A DNA stretch of 64,000 bases from Bacteroidales bacterium (GTDB taxonomy: Bacteria > Bacteroidota > Bacteroidia > Bacteroidales > F082): the NCBI GenBank assembly GCA_045639025.1, contig JAZUCH010000005.1:2806-66805 (forward strand). The letters are read 5' to 3'. Made by a program: the position numbers and the translations under genes. The notes below the pieces were generated by a model. That model saw only the letters and a list, made by a program, of their open reading frames with translations. It made no database searches and was not told the origin of the DNA. Below are positions 8,700 to 18,374 of this stretch, piece after piece; within the stretch, counting starts at the first letter, position 1; each line of letters starts with the position of its first letter.

Positions 8700-8707
8700 T
8701 ACTTTTG
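8700..8707 (+). promoter_or_regulatory. -7 promoter box (TACTTTTG) for the CAT-family gene
   Basis: The box lies 16 bp upstream of the ATG at 8723. This supports the shorter start over the ORF-track start at 8687. Confidence 0.5.
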
Positions 8708-8722
8708 CAAAAAACGCAAGAA

Positions 8723-9343
8723 ATGAAAGAAATAAACCCAAAAGAAACCAAAAGAGCCTTCGCTTTTGAAATGTGGATGTCCTCCCCTATGCCAATGGTG
8801 ACATTGACAAAAACATTCGATATAACTCATATTGTCAGAATTAGCAAGAAAAGAAAAATGAAGCTCAACATGCTTCTCTGCTGGTGCATCGGAAAAGCAG
8901 CAAGTCAGATGGAGGAATTTTATCTATTGCCAGTAGAAGAAAAAATGTTTGAATATGACAAGCTAGCAATCAATGTGATTGTGAATAATGTAAAAGGCGG
9001 CATCAATTCCTGCGACATCAATTTCAATAATGATTTAAGTCAATTCAACAAAGATTACCTTTCATTGACAAAGCAAGTTGCAGAATCATGCGAGAGTATT
9101 TTCAACGAAGAAGCGATGATAGTTGGCACCTCAGCTGTAGTTGCGACAGAACTAGATTGCATTGTAAACCAATACACCGACAAATTCCTTAACCCGATGG
9201 TGATGTGGGGAAAATATCGCAGGAAATGGTTCAAAACAACATTGCCGATATCATTCCAGTTTCATCACGTACAGATGGACGGAGGCGACGCAGCAAGATT
9301 TTTAGAGATGCTGCAAAAGGAAATCAATAATTTGAAAATATAA
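8723..9343 (+). CDS. Chloramphenicol-acetyltransferase-family (CatA-like) O-acetyltransferase
   Basis: 206 aa from MKEINPKETKRAFAFEMWMSSPMPMVTLTKTFDITH. The C-terminal catalytic motif SFQFHHVQMDGGDAARFLEMLQ corresponds to the CAT HH..DG..(A/V)..F signature. Confidence 0.75.
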   Translation: MKEINPKETKRAFAFEMWMSSPMPMVTLTKTFDITHIVRISKKRKMKLNMLLCWCIGKAASQMEEFYLLPVEEKMFEYDKLAINVIVNNVKGGINSCDINFNNDLSQFNKDYLSLTKQVAESCESIFNEEAMIVGTSAVVATELDCIVNQYTDKFLNPMVMWGKYRRKWFKTTLPISFQFHHVQMDGGDAARFLEMLQKEINNLKI

Positions 9344-9349
9344 AAAAAT

Positions 9350-9384
9350 GTCCCCAATGTTTTTTTTAGGCATTGAGGACTTTT
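9350..9384. terminator. Bidirectional hairpin between the convergent CAT-like gene and the 2537-aa gene
   Basis: Stem gtccccaatg ... cattgaggac (one mismatch) with T runs in the loop and downstream. Confidence 0.55.
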
Positions 9385-9404
9385 CATTACGGACAGCTTT
9401 GACA

Positions 9405-12400
9405 TTACATAACTATCAATTTTGCTGTCAATACTCTTCCGGTACCTGTCACGACTCGTATCGTGTATGAACCCGAAGTATCAATTTCAGGCAATTCTAT
9501 AGGGAATCTACGTGGAACTATAGAGTGAATCTTCAATCCGACTGCATTAAAGACTTCAACCACCATTCCTGCTTTATCTTCTTCAGTGAAGTTAGACAAT
9601 ACCATGACTCTTTCTGTCTGTCTTGCCGGGTTCGGTGTCAACATAAGTTCCATTGTTTCATACATAAAGCTGCATACCATAATACTATCGCAACCATGTA
9701 CAGAAGTGTAGTTAAATGTATGTACGCCAGGTTCTTCAATCCAATTACCGTCATATTCGTATGGGAATTGTTTTACCAAAACATTTTCTTCTATGCGATA
9801 AACTGGATTGATATTAAGTTTGAGTTTAACAATACTATCGTTGCCATTGTTATCTTTCAACTTATTGAAATATGAACCTTCAGCACTGACATTAAATCCA
9901 TTTTCTTCATAAGTGTTACCGAAACAGATAGCATCTTCTATCAAAGTATTATATAAAGTATTGAACTCAAATGAATATGGGTTCAAGAGAGAACCGAATG
10001 TCTCATTGACCTTAAATTCAACTCTTTGATTTGATACCTGAGCTACAACATCCTGGCTTTCGTGATTGTACAGCATGAAGTAAATCTCATCGCCATTATT
10101 ACCGTATGTTGTCAAGAACACACGATAAGCGCCTATTTCTTTAATATAGATTGCGCGAGCATTACCGCGTTTCTCACCATTACAGAACGCTCCTACTTCT
10201 AAAGTATCAGAGTTGCATACCCAATCATCGACAACAATATCAGCGATGAATGTCATGTTATCAGGATAGTTATAGCTTGGAGACCAATTGAGTTCTGCCT
10301 TAGCGATTTCCCTAGTTCTATTTTGTGTCATTTGTGGATATGTAAGAGTGATATCATCATCATTATTTGACATATACTGATATCCCATACCTGGTTGTAA
10401 TGTAGTAAGATCACCGAACCACATGTCGAACGCATCAAAATAAACAGAGAAACCATCGCGGTATGACTTGATGATATCGCCGTCTTGAGGTGCCACGTCT
10501 AAACCTTCGAGAGCCTCGTTGACATCACTAGAATATTGAGAGATATATCCAATATGATTCCATCCTTTCTTGATGTTAATAGGATGTTCTTCAGGAGCTG
10601 CCAAACAACCATTGATAAGTGTATTCTGCAATTCCTTAGTCTTAATCATATACATCTGCTCATTCTCAATTTCATTGAGAGAACCCAGCCAACCGCCACT
10701 TGGTGAATATGTTATGAACTCAGTGCTTGACTTAATCATTTCAGCATATTGACCTAATCCAGTCTTGAGTTCTTCCATAACATCAGTACCTTCGTCATCA
10801 ATATATGTAGAGAACCAATCCCAGGAAGCTGAGAAGTTGTTATATTGATCTCCATTTTGGCGTACTGTAAGGTCTAAAGCGACGATACTGTCACATCCGT
10901 TTTCTGTAGGGAACACAACATCATAAGTTCCAGACACTGTTGATTCATCAAATATATACTCACCGAATGGGTAAGGCAATTCAGAAGCACAGATACTTAA
11001 TTTATCAACGCCATATTTTGTTGGAAGCACCTCGAGAGTCAGAACGACGCTACTGTCGCAATGATGTGACGACTCTCCCATCTTGTAATATGTTCCAGCC
11101 TCTCTGATTGTATCTCCGAACAACATATAATATTCGTTAGAACAGATTGTAGCGTAAACAGGAACGTCATAGTAAGATGGCGCTACTTCAAGGTTGACTG
11201 TGACGATGCTATCGCAGCCAGTGAGTTTAGAAGTAAAGTATACGTCCTTAGTTCCTGACTTGATAAATACACTATCGCCATAGATATATGGCATATCATT
11301 AGCACAAACCATAATATCGTGTACTATCCTTGAAGCAGGACGTATTGTTAGATTTACCTGAATCTCATCATAACATCCGTAGGCATTAACAGTATCTCTC
11401 TTGAATACCAGCGTAGTTTCATCAAGCTGATCCCATCCTACAAGATGTTCTTGAATACTATCCCAAGTTATGTTCATGCCATAGTTATCATAATCTTCAT
11501 ACATACAAATATCTTCATCAAAGACGTAAACAACTGGATCTGGACGATGCTTTACTATATGTTTCACTATACTGTCGCATCCATAAGGTGTAGGTATTGT
11601 ATCATAATAATAACCGTCTTCTGTGATGATATTACCTGCTATTTCTATATAGTCATCTTTACAGAGATAATGGTCGACCAATGTTGTTGGCGGTGTCATT
11701 GTCTGTTCTGCGAATAATATGAACGCCTTGTCGAAACAGTCTCCGCTAACGTCTGTCGTTTTGACCAATATTGTATACATATATCGACCAAAACAACGCA
11801 AGTCCTTATTCAATTTAAGTTTTTTACCATCTATCAAGAAGAAATCATTGTCATATCCATCTTCATCTACTAAAGAATAAGTAAAGGCATCAGATGACTG
11901 GTCGTCAAGGGTTGTGAATTCTCCGATGACAGTTCCAATCTCATCATCTTCATAGAAATATCTGTTAGATAATAATATGTCAATAGGTGGATTATTGTTA
12001 ATATATGTAATCTGAGGTTTATCAGGGAATGGTTCCTTATTACCGACATTATCTATTGCCTGGAACATAAACTGATACAAAGAACCTTCACCCAGTCTAT
12101 ATTGGAACAACATAGTGTCAGCAGGATTAAGAGAATCAGGATATACGGTTCCAACAAATACATATTGTGTTTTATCCACATTTGCATATAAATCCACCTG
12201 TCTTACACCAGAACCGTTTTCATCGTCAGCAGCAACTGATTTAAAGATGAGGTTATAATCTAAAAGTACACCAGACGAGTCGCATACTGTTGTTGAAGTT
12301 GGAGTTACCGCATCGAACATATTGGTATAAGTATTTGTCAAAATGTTTTCATTCTCGTCAAAAATGATATTCGCCTGTTCTGAAATAGTATCACCAGTTT

Positions 12401-15400
12401 TCATATCATCTATGCTCATCACTGAGAATGTCACGAAACCTTCTCCGCTACCAGTAAGAGTGTCATTGACAGGCAAGAAACCAATAGCATCTATAGGAGC
12501 GATACCTGTTTCTGGGTCTATAGATTGGAATATCCAATACATTTCGTTGTTTTCCACATCAATACCAGCTGTCACATCAAGCCACACACCCAGAGAGTCT
12601 GCGAGATCATGACGTTTGCTGTAATATGTTGACATAGGAGGCACTTCAAAGATATAGTCTCCGAAACCATACTGACCGAGATTTATTGTTGTAGGGTTAG
12701 CATGAGGATGCAACGGACAAGTGATCTTCACACGAGCAGCAGATGCAGTAGCGAAGTTAGGGTCATTTTCGAACATGATCTTATAGTCAATTCTGTCGGT
12801 TGCAGCAATCATCTTATCTTCACCATAACCTACAGGTCCGAAAATCTCATTAGGGTCATTAGAAAAACAAAGATCTTTCCAATAAATAGATTTTGAATCT
12901 GACATCGTTCTATCCGTTACCACTTTATGAGTAATAGGATCCAATGTTCTATGATGTGCAGTGAATGTAATTTTTTTCGCATTAAGTGTCAAGGCAATTG
13001 TTTCCCTAGGCTTAAAATATTGTGAATTGTTTTCATAGTTCATTTGGATTGGAGGAATATAAGTGAATGTTTCATCATTATTATTATCCAACACATTATC
13101 AATAAATTTTCCTTCATCTATACTCATTGTATACCACCAATCTGTAGCATTATCATTCTGAATATAAGTGAATATCTCACCACCTGCATCTAAATCAAAT
13201 TTACCTGTTTCATAATAATGATATCCTAATGTTTCCACATAACAATTTCCCCAGCCAACCGAGAGCAATGCCATATAAGGCATAGCAAGTATATGCATTT
13301 GCTTCTCTGAAATTTTAGCTATAAAACTATACAAAGGTGATTTTGGATTAAAATTCTTAGGATAAACATCAATATAATAAACACCTACACCAAGATATTT
13401 CTTCACAAGAGTATTTTCCTCGCCAGGACTAAAATTATAATTAGTACCGTTTTCATCTTTCAATGTTATATCATATGCATCGTAAACAGTCTGACCTTCC
13501 TCAAGCTGATCATTTTGTGGAATTCTTAGCACAATACTACCATCATTGCTTCCACTAAATGACAGATCATTTACTTCTATGACTTCAAAAGCAGAACTTT
13601 TTGGAGAAATCTTCACGAGATAATGAGAGATGGTATCGGCAACTTTATTACATGACGATGCTGATATATAATATTGTCTCATAGTTCTATTTGGAATAAG
13701 CTCCATTTCAAAATCCTTACTACTTATTGTGAGGTTGCTATACTCTCCACTGTAATCTAACTTAAGACCTTCATCAATCAAGGCATCTATATCAGTCTCA
13801 GCTTCGGGCAATTCATCTTCGTAATATACTGTTGGAAGATAGCCATAGACGTCAAGTTTTGCATACAGTATAAATGAATGAGTAATTTCAGCGAAAAGTG
13901 CATCAGTACATTTACTATATACCGCGTAATATCTATCATATTTAACCTCACAACCATCATCATAATCTATAGTTTCTTCTAACTTAACATCTATATTATA
14001 ATCCAATCCACAACTTTGAGGGATTGTCACGCCCACTTTTGCGAAGTCTTCGATTGTTGACAGCGGTTCAGGGAGACAGCTTGAATCAGTACATCCATAT
14101 ATAGTATCATTAGGAATTTTTTTCTCTATAGTAACAATATCTTCTTCATCGGAGTCGTAAGTACGTATTTCATAATTTTCAGTAAGAATATTCTTATATA
14201 CAAATCCGTAATATTGAAGCATAATAGTATAATTTCTAAAATAATCTTTAGAACATGGATTCTCTTCTTTACGATAAGTTTTGTAATGTATAGTTAATGT
14301 ACCTGATCCATCAAAAGGTTCTGTTCTTAATAACAGTTCATCCAAGCTGACGGGCAACTCTATTGTTTTTAAATATTCTATAATAGCATCTGTGTTATTT
14401 TCAGGTGGCAATGAAGATAAATCGTCGCCACAACCAAACCATACTGATTTATCTGGTACTTCTGCAGAATTCACCACATTAGGTTCATACCTCTGTCGAA
14501 CCTTAACACCTTCAGATTCAGCACCACATTCAACGTTACGGATAGTGAATTCTCTTTCAAATATATATGGGAGTTTTTCATCCTCAAAATCTTCATATTC
14601 TATAGTAAGTTTTGCTTCCAAGGAAAGATACGCTTCCCAATTATGGGAAGCATTACTTTTCGAAAAACCATTTATTGTAAGGCCTGACTGAAGCAAATGG
14701 TCAAGATTAATATCCACATCGTATGGCACATTTTTAATGTCATAATATACACGTGTTTGCATTTCTCCTTCAATCTTAAGACCGCTATTGATCTCAATAA
14801 CTTGAACCAATTCTGCTTCAACATTATTACTTTCATTAGCATCTTCAAAAGAACATTTATCCTTTATTTTATAATACCTATGATAAATCTCTTCACAATC
14901 TACAGACGACACGTTTTCATCTTTCACAAATTCCACTGACAATTTATCGTTATACATCGCTGATATCTGAATTTCCTTATTCGCGTCTGTCAGTTCTTCG
15001 ACTGTTGTATATTTAGGAAGTTCATCCAGGTTGTCCAATGCAGTATCTCTAATTGTATCCATCACACCTGTCACTTCAAACAAATCGTCATCATTAAAAT
15101 GAAGAATCTCTACTACAAGCTTTGCTTCATATACATAAGCAATCTTTTTGCCATCTTCATTGGTAGAAATTCTTTTTATTTTATGTTCTCTCATTAAGGT
15201 GGTGTAACAACGTTCTTCAATAGGTGTACTATTATCAGGATAAAATTCCTCCCATTCTATTGTCTGTTCAGCATAAGGATCATCACAATATTGATCCAAC
15301 AATGTTACATGTTCAGGGAATATATCAAGCAAATACTCTGCTATCGTTTCTTCATTATACATAATACCATCCATATAGTCTCTTATATCATCATCAGGAT

Positions 15401-17018
15401 GGTATAATGACGAGGGCTCCCAAGGAGAAGAACCCACAAGAATATATTCAATCTGATAAATAATCTGCTCCAGATGAGTTTTCACGGATTCATCACATTC
15501 ATCTGTTATATAATAATTTCTAGTGATTTTCTTTGTGCCTTCAGCAACCTCAACAGGGTCATCATCAAAGTTTGTAATTACAACATTATCAAGATTCTGG
15601 CATTCAAATGTGAAACCAGGATTGTCTTCCAACAATTCTTCTATTGATGAATAAGGTGAAGGGATACTCTCTTCATCAGATATAGTAAGTTCTCCCAATA
15701 ATCCAATAACATTGAATTTTTCATTGTAATGCTTCAAATTGAATTCAAGTACGCCGATATATCTATAAACAACGCCATCATTCTCTCTGTCGAGGAAAAA
15801 AGTCCTTTCTAATAAAGTGTTACAAAAATTCTCAGGGTCACCGCCGTATGTAATTTCCTCATACATTTTTCCAGTTTGGGGAGAATCCGGACATTTATCT
15901 GCCAACATCATTATACCAACATAAAAATATGTATTGACCTGTTCTAAAAGGACATTGTCGAGATAATAATATCCATCATTATATGTGCGCAAATCTGCGT
16001 TTTGATGATATAATTCCAGCTGAGCAAATTCTTCTCCTATTATTATAGTGGCATTGACATATATTGTTTGTACGATAGTGGCTGATACAGAACTATTACA
16101 TTTATCTCTCAGCACATATGTCCTTCTGTATTCTTTTTTGCCTTCCTTAACCTGTGCTACAAATTCATCGTGTGATGACACTTCTATCTTATCTAACGAC
16201 GTGGCTTGAACACTTATCGGATTTGCTGCCATAAGTTCAACTACAGAAGTAGCAGGTGTCGGGAAACTCTCCTCTTCTTTGATATTTATGGTCTGCATCG
16301 AACCGCTGACGGTTATTGACTGATTAGCATGATATACAATAATGTCAACTATTGCTGTATATCGGTATATCGTTCCACAATTTGCGTCGACGCTATGCGT
16401 TCTTCGTATTACCGTTTGACAATCATTCGATGATATTGTCGCATCACTATAATTTGAAATAACAACATTATTTATACAATAATTGGCCAATATACCATTT
16501 ATTTGAGGGAAATAAGTATTTATGTACGCGCTAATAGTACTTGGGTTGTACAAGCTTCCTCCGCTATAACTAGCGAGATTGGCATCAGGATGGTATATTT
16601 CCATGTTTGCCGAGCCTGTTCCTACATTAATTATTGCTGAACTTAATCTCTTGTTGATGATCTGTATGAGTTCATACTCCATATTGGAATCATCTTCCAG
16701 AATATAATATCTCTTGTATTTCCAATATTCATCATCGTTTTCATAGTATTCATCGCGATCATGAGACAATGTTATATTGTTCATATTTCCGCTACTTGTT
16801 GTAATCTCTATATCAGGATTATCATCCAGCAGTTCCTGTAAGTTGTCATAAGGTTCAGGGAGAGTTTCAGAGGCTTCTACCGTCAATGTTTTCATCTCAC
16901 CTTCAATGGACAATATCTTTGACGCATCTATGCCGATGCCGGAAGACGCTTTGAGCAAGAGACTTCCCAACATCATTATCGTCAATAGAATAAATTTTAT
17001 AGAAGTATATCTTTTCAT
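9405..17018 (-). CDS. 2537-aa modular cell-surface protein with a T9SS type-A C-terminal sorting domain (putative adhesin)
   Basis: Signal peptide MKRYTSIKFILLTIMMLGSLLLKASS. N-terminal modules alternate and end in R.YY(I/V).D.C....Q.I. A cadherin-like segment reads NNPPIDILLSNRYFYEDDEIGTVIGEFTTLDDQSSDAFTYSLVD. Six GCDS(I/S)(V/M) modules are present. The C-terminus ...EVFNAVGLKIHSIV....GSYTIRVVTGTGRVLTAKLIVM is typical of Por/T9SS CTDs. Confidence 0.85.
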   Translation of the reverse strand: MKRYTSIKFILLTIMMLGSLLLKASSGIGIDASKILSIEGEMKTLTVEASETLPEPYDNLQELLDDNPDIEITTSSGNMNNITLSHDRDEYYENDDEYWKYKRYYILEDDSNMEYELIQIINKRLSSAIINVGTGSANMEIYHPDANLASYSGGSLYNPSTISAYINTYFPQINGILANYCINNVVISNYSDATISSNDCQTVIRRTHSVDANCGTIYRYTAIVDIIVYHANQSITVSGSMQTINIKEEESFPTPATSVVELMAANPISVQATSLDKIEVSSHDEFVAQVKEGKKEYRRTYVLRDKCNSSVSATIVQTIYVNATIIIGEEFAQLELYHQNADLRTYNDGYYYLDNVLLEQVNTYFYVGIMMLADKCPDSPQTGKMYEEITYGGDPENFCNTLLERTFFLDRENDGVVYRYIGVLEFNLKHYNEKFNVIGLLGELTISDEESIPSPYSSIEELLEDNPGFTFECQNLDNVVITNFDDDPVEVAEGTKKITRNYYITDECDESVKTHLEQIIYQIEYILVGSSPWEPSSLYHPDDDIRDYMDGIMYNEETIAEYLLDIFPEHVTLLDQYCDDPYAEQTIEWEEFYPDNSTPIEERCYTTLMREHKIKRISTNEDGKKIAYVYEAKLVVEILHFNDDDLFEVTGVMDTIRDTALDNLDELPKYTTVEELTDANKEIQISAMYNDKLSVEFVKDENVSSVDCEEIYHRYYKIKDKCSFEDANESNNVEAELVQVIEINSGLKIEGEMQTRVYYDIKNVPYDVDINLDHLLQSGLTINGFSKSNASHNWEAYLSLEAKLTIEYEDFEDEKLPYIFEREFTIRNVECGAESEGVKVRQRYEPNVVNSAEVPDKSVWFGCGDDLSSLPPENNTDAIIEYLKTIELPVSLDELLLRTEPFDGSGTLTIHYKTYRKEENPCSKDYFRNYTIMLQYYGFVYKNILTENYEIRTYDSDEEDIVTIEKKIPNDTIYGCTDSSCLPEPLSTIEDFAKVGVTIPQSCGLDYNIDVKLEETIDYDDGCEVKYDRYYAVYSKCTDALFAEITHSFILYAKLDVYGYLPTVYYEDELPEAETDIDALIDEGLKLDYSGEYSNLTISSKDFEMELIPNRTMRQYYISASSCNKVADTISHYLVKISPKSSAFEVIEVNDLSFSGSNDGSIVLRIPQNDQLEEGQTVYDAYDITLKDENGTNYNFSPGEENTLVKKYLGVGVYYIDVYPKNFNPKSPLYSFIAKISEKQMHILAMPYMALLSVGWGNCYVETLGYHYYETGKFDLDAGGEIFTYIQNDNATDWWYTMSIDEGKFIDNVLDNNNDETFTYIPPIQMNYENNSQYFKPRETIALTLNAKKITFTAHHRTLDPITHKVVTDRTMSDSKSIYWKDLCFSNDPNEIFGPVGYGEDKMIAATDRIDYKIMFENDPNFATASAARVKITCPLHPHANPTTINLGQYGFGDYIFEVPPMSTYYSKRHDLADSLGVWLDVTAGIDVENNEMYWIFQSIDPETGIAPIDAIGFLPVNDTLTGSGEGFVTFSVMSIDDMKTGDTISEQANIIFDENENILTNTYTNMFDAVTPTSTTVCDSSGVLLDYNLIFKSVAADDENGSGVRQVDLYANVDKTQYVFVGTVYPDSLNPADTMLFQYRLGEGSLYQFMFQAIDNVGNKEPFPDKPQITYINNNPPIDILLSNRYFYEDDEIGTVIGEFTTLDDQSSDAFTYSLVDEDGYDNDFFLIDGKKLKLNKDLRCFGRYMYTILVKTTDVSGDCFDKAFILFAEQTMTPPTTLVDHYLCKDDYIEIAGNIITEDGYYYDTIPTPYGCDSIVKHIVKHRPDPVVYVFDEDICMYEDYDNYGMNITWDSIQEHLVGWDQLDETTLVFKRDTVNAYGCYDEIQVNLTIRPASRIVHDIMVCANDMPYIYGDSVFIKSGTKDVYFTSKLTGCDSIVTVNLEVAPSYYDVPVYATICSNEYYMLFGDTIREAGTYYKMGESSHHCDSSVVLTLEVLPTKYGVDKLSICASELPYPFGEYIFDESTVSGTYDVVFPTENGCDSIVALDLTVRQNGDQYNNFSASWDWFSTYIDDEGTDVMEELKTGLGQYAEMIKSSTEFITYSPSGGWLGSLNEIENEQMYMIKTKELQNTLINGCLAAPEEHPINIKKGWNHIGYISQYSSDVNEALEGLDVAPQDGDIIKSYRDGFSVYFDAFDMWFGDLTTLQPGMGYQYMSNNDDDITLTYPQMTQNRTREIAKAELNWSPSYNYPDNMTFIADIVVDDWVCNSDTLEVGAFCNGEKRGNARAIYIKEIGAYRVFLTTYGNNGDEIYFMLYNHESQDVVAQVSNQRVEFKVNETFGSLLNPYSFEFNTLYNTLIEDAICFGNTYEENGFNVSAEGSYFNKLKDNNGNDSIVKLKLNINPVYRIEENVLVKQFPYEYDGNWIEEPGVHTFNYTSVHGCDSIMVCSFMYETMELMLTPNPARQTERVMVLSNFTEEDKAGMVVEVFNAVGLKIHSIVPRRFPIELPEIDTSGSYTIRVVTGTGRVLTAKLIVM

Positions 17019-17037
17019 AAGACTATTATTTTAAAGG

Positions 17038-18330
17038 TTAGAAATCTTGACAAGCGTCGCCTATGCCATTACAATCTTCGTCTTCTTGTTCAGGGTTGTA
17101 ATGTTTAGGGCAGTTATCATATTTATCTGGTATGCCGTCGCCGTCGGTATCGTCGTCACAGGCGTCACCATCGCCATCGAAGTCCATATCTTCCTGTCCT
17201 GGATTATAGTGCAAAGGACAGCAGTCGCATTTATCACCCACTCCATCGCCGTCACTATCGATTTGGTTAGCGTTATATAGTCGAGGGCAGTTGTCTTTAT
17301 CATTAGGCCATCCGTCGCCATCCATGTCATCATCCACTTCATTAAGTATTCCGTCGCCGTCAATGTCGGGGTTACATGCAACACCTCTAACATTACCATC
17401 TTTGTCGAGAGCAACCTCTTGATAAGGGTCGAAGTCATCAGGGCAAACGTCGCAGACATCACCTACTCCATCATGGTCGCGGTCATCCTGTTCTGGGTTA
17501 TAATCATTACAGTTGTCGCAATCATCGCCCACTCCATCGCCATCGCTATCTCTCTGGTCAGGATTTGGTGTGTTAAGGCAGTTGTCACAAGCGTCACCTG
17601 CGCCATCAGCGTCGCTGTCTCTCTGGTCGTTATTCACAGTACAAGGACAGTTATCCAAGAGATTATTCAATCCATCGCCATCGATATCTGCGGATGACAA
17701 AATTGTTGTAGGACTATAATACTGAAGATATACAACGAGGTTTGCCGACAAGGAAGTGCTGTCGGTCATAGTAGCAAGTTTCCACTCTCCATCATCGATG
17801 ATACAAGCGAAAGTACCTTGTGATATAAGTTCATCATTATTATACATCTCAACGAACAGCTGAGTATATTCATTAACTTTATAGCTGAGCAGGAGGTTGA
17901 ACTTATTTACCATTGAAACAGCCTGCATATATCTCTCGCTAATAGAATCAATCGACAACAACTGGTTAATTGCAGCGGCATCTGAAGCTCTGTATAATTG
18001 TTTTATTTGGCTGATTTCACCTGAAGCGTAAGCCTTGAGTGTTCTGCAGAGAAGTGCCGGCGGAGTATTGGTATCGCCAGCATTTTGGTTTCCGCCGCTA
18101 GTCTTTATCCATCTGTTTCCAACAATAGGTTTCAGACCATATACATTATAATACATATAAGAATTACAGATGTTGTTTGGAGCATGGACGTTAAACATCT
18201 TGATTTCGTCAGCTTTATAATCCAAGGCAATGTCATAACTTTCAGGAGTGTAATCAGGGAACATATCAGTCTGGGCTTTAAGTCCCAATGACACTGCAAC
18301 TAATAATAACAATAAAAATTTATTTCTCAT
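17038..18330 (-). CDS. Exported thrombospondin type-3 repeat (calcium-binding) protein without an OmpA-like anchor domain
   Basis: Signal peptide MRNKFLLLLLVAVSLGLKAQ, then a ~210-aa unknown N-terminal domain. After that come about ten D.D.DG..D..D.C repeats (DIDGDGLNNLLDNCP, DSDADGAGDACDNC, DSDGDGVGDDCDNC ...) running to the stop codon. Confidence 0.8.
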   Translation of the reverse strand: MRNKFLLLLLVAVSLGLKAQTDMFPDYTPESYDIALDYKADEIKMFNVHAPNNICNSYMYYNVYGLKPIVGNRWIKTSGGNQNAGDTNTPPALLCRTLKAYASGEISQIKQLYRASDAAAINQLLSIDSISERYMQAVSMVNKFNLLLSYKVNEYTQLFVEMYNNDELISQGTFACIIDDGEWKLATMTDSTSLSANLVVYLQYYSPTTILSSADIDGDGLNNLLDNCPCTVNNDQRDSDADGAGDACDNCLNTPNPDQRDSDGDGVGDDCDNCNDYNPEQDDRDHDGVGDVCDVCPDDFDPYQEVALDKDGNVRGVACNPDIDGDGILNEVDDDMDGDGWPNDKDNCPRLYNANQIDSDGDGVGDKCDCCPLHYNPGQEDMDFDGDGDACDDDTDGDGIPDKYDNCPKHYNPEQEDEDCNGIGDACQDF

Positions 18331-18374
18331 ACGCTATATTTTAATCTGTTAATAATCATTCTATCCGTCAGCAA

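Noticed and set aside
8566-8769. 67-aa plus-strand ORF upstream of the CAT-like gene
   Set aside because: It is a Lys/Asn-rich translation of an AT-rich promoter region and overlaps the -7 box and the real start at 8723.
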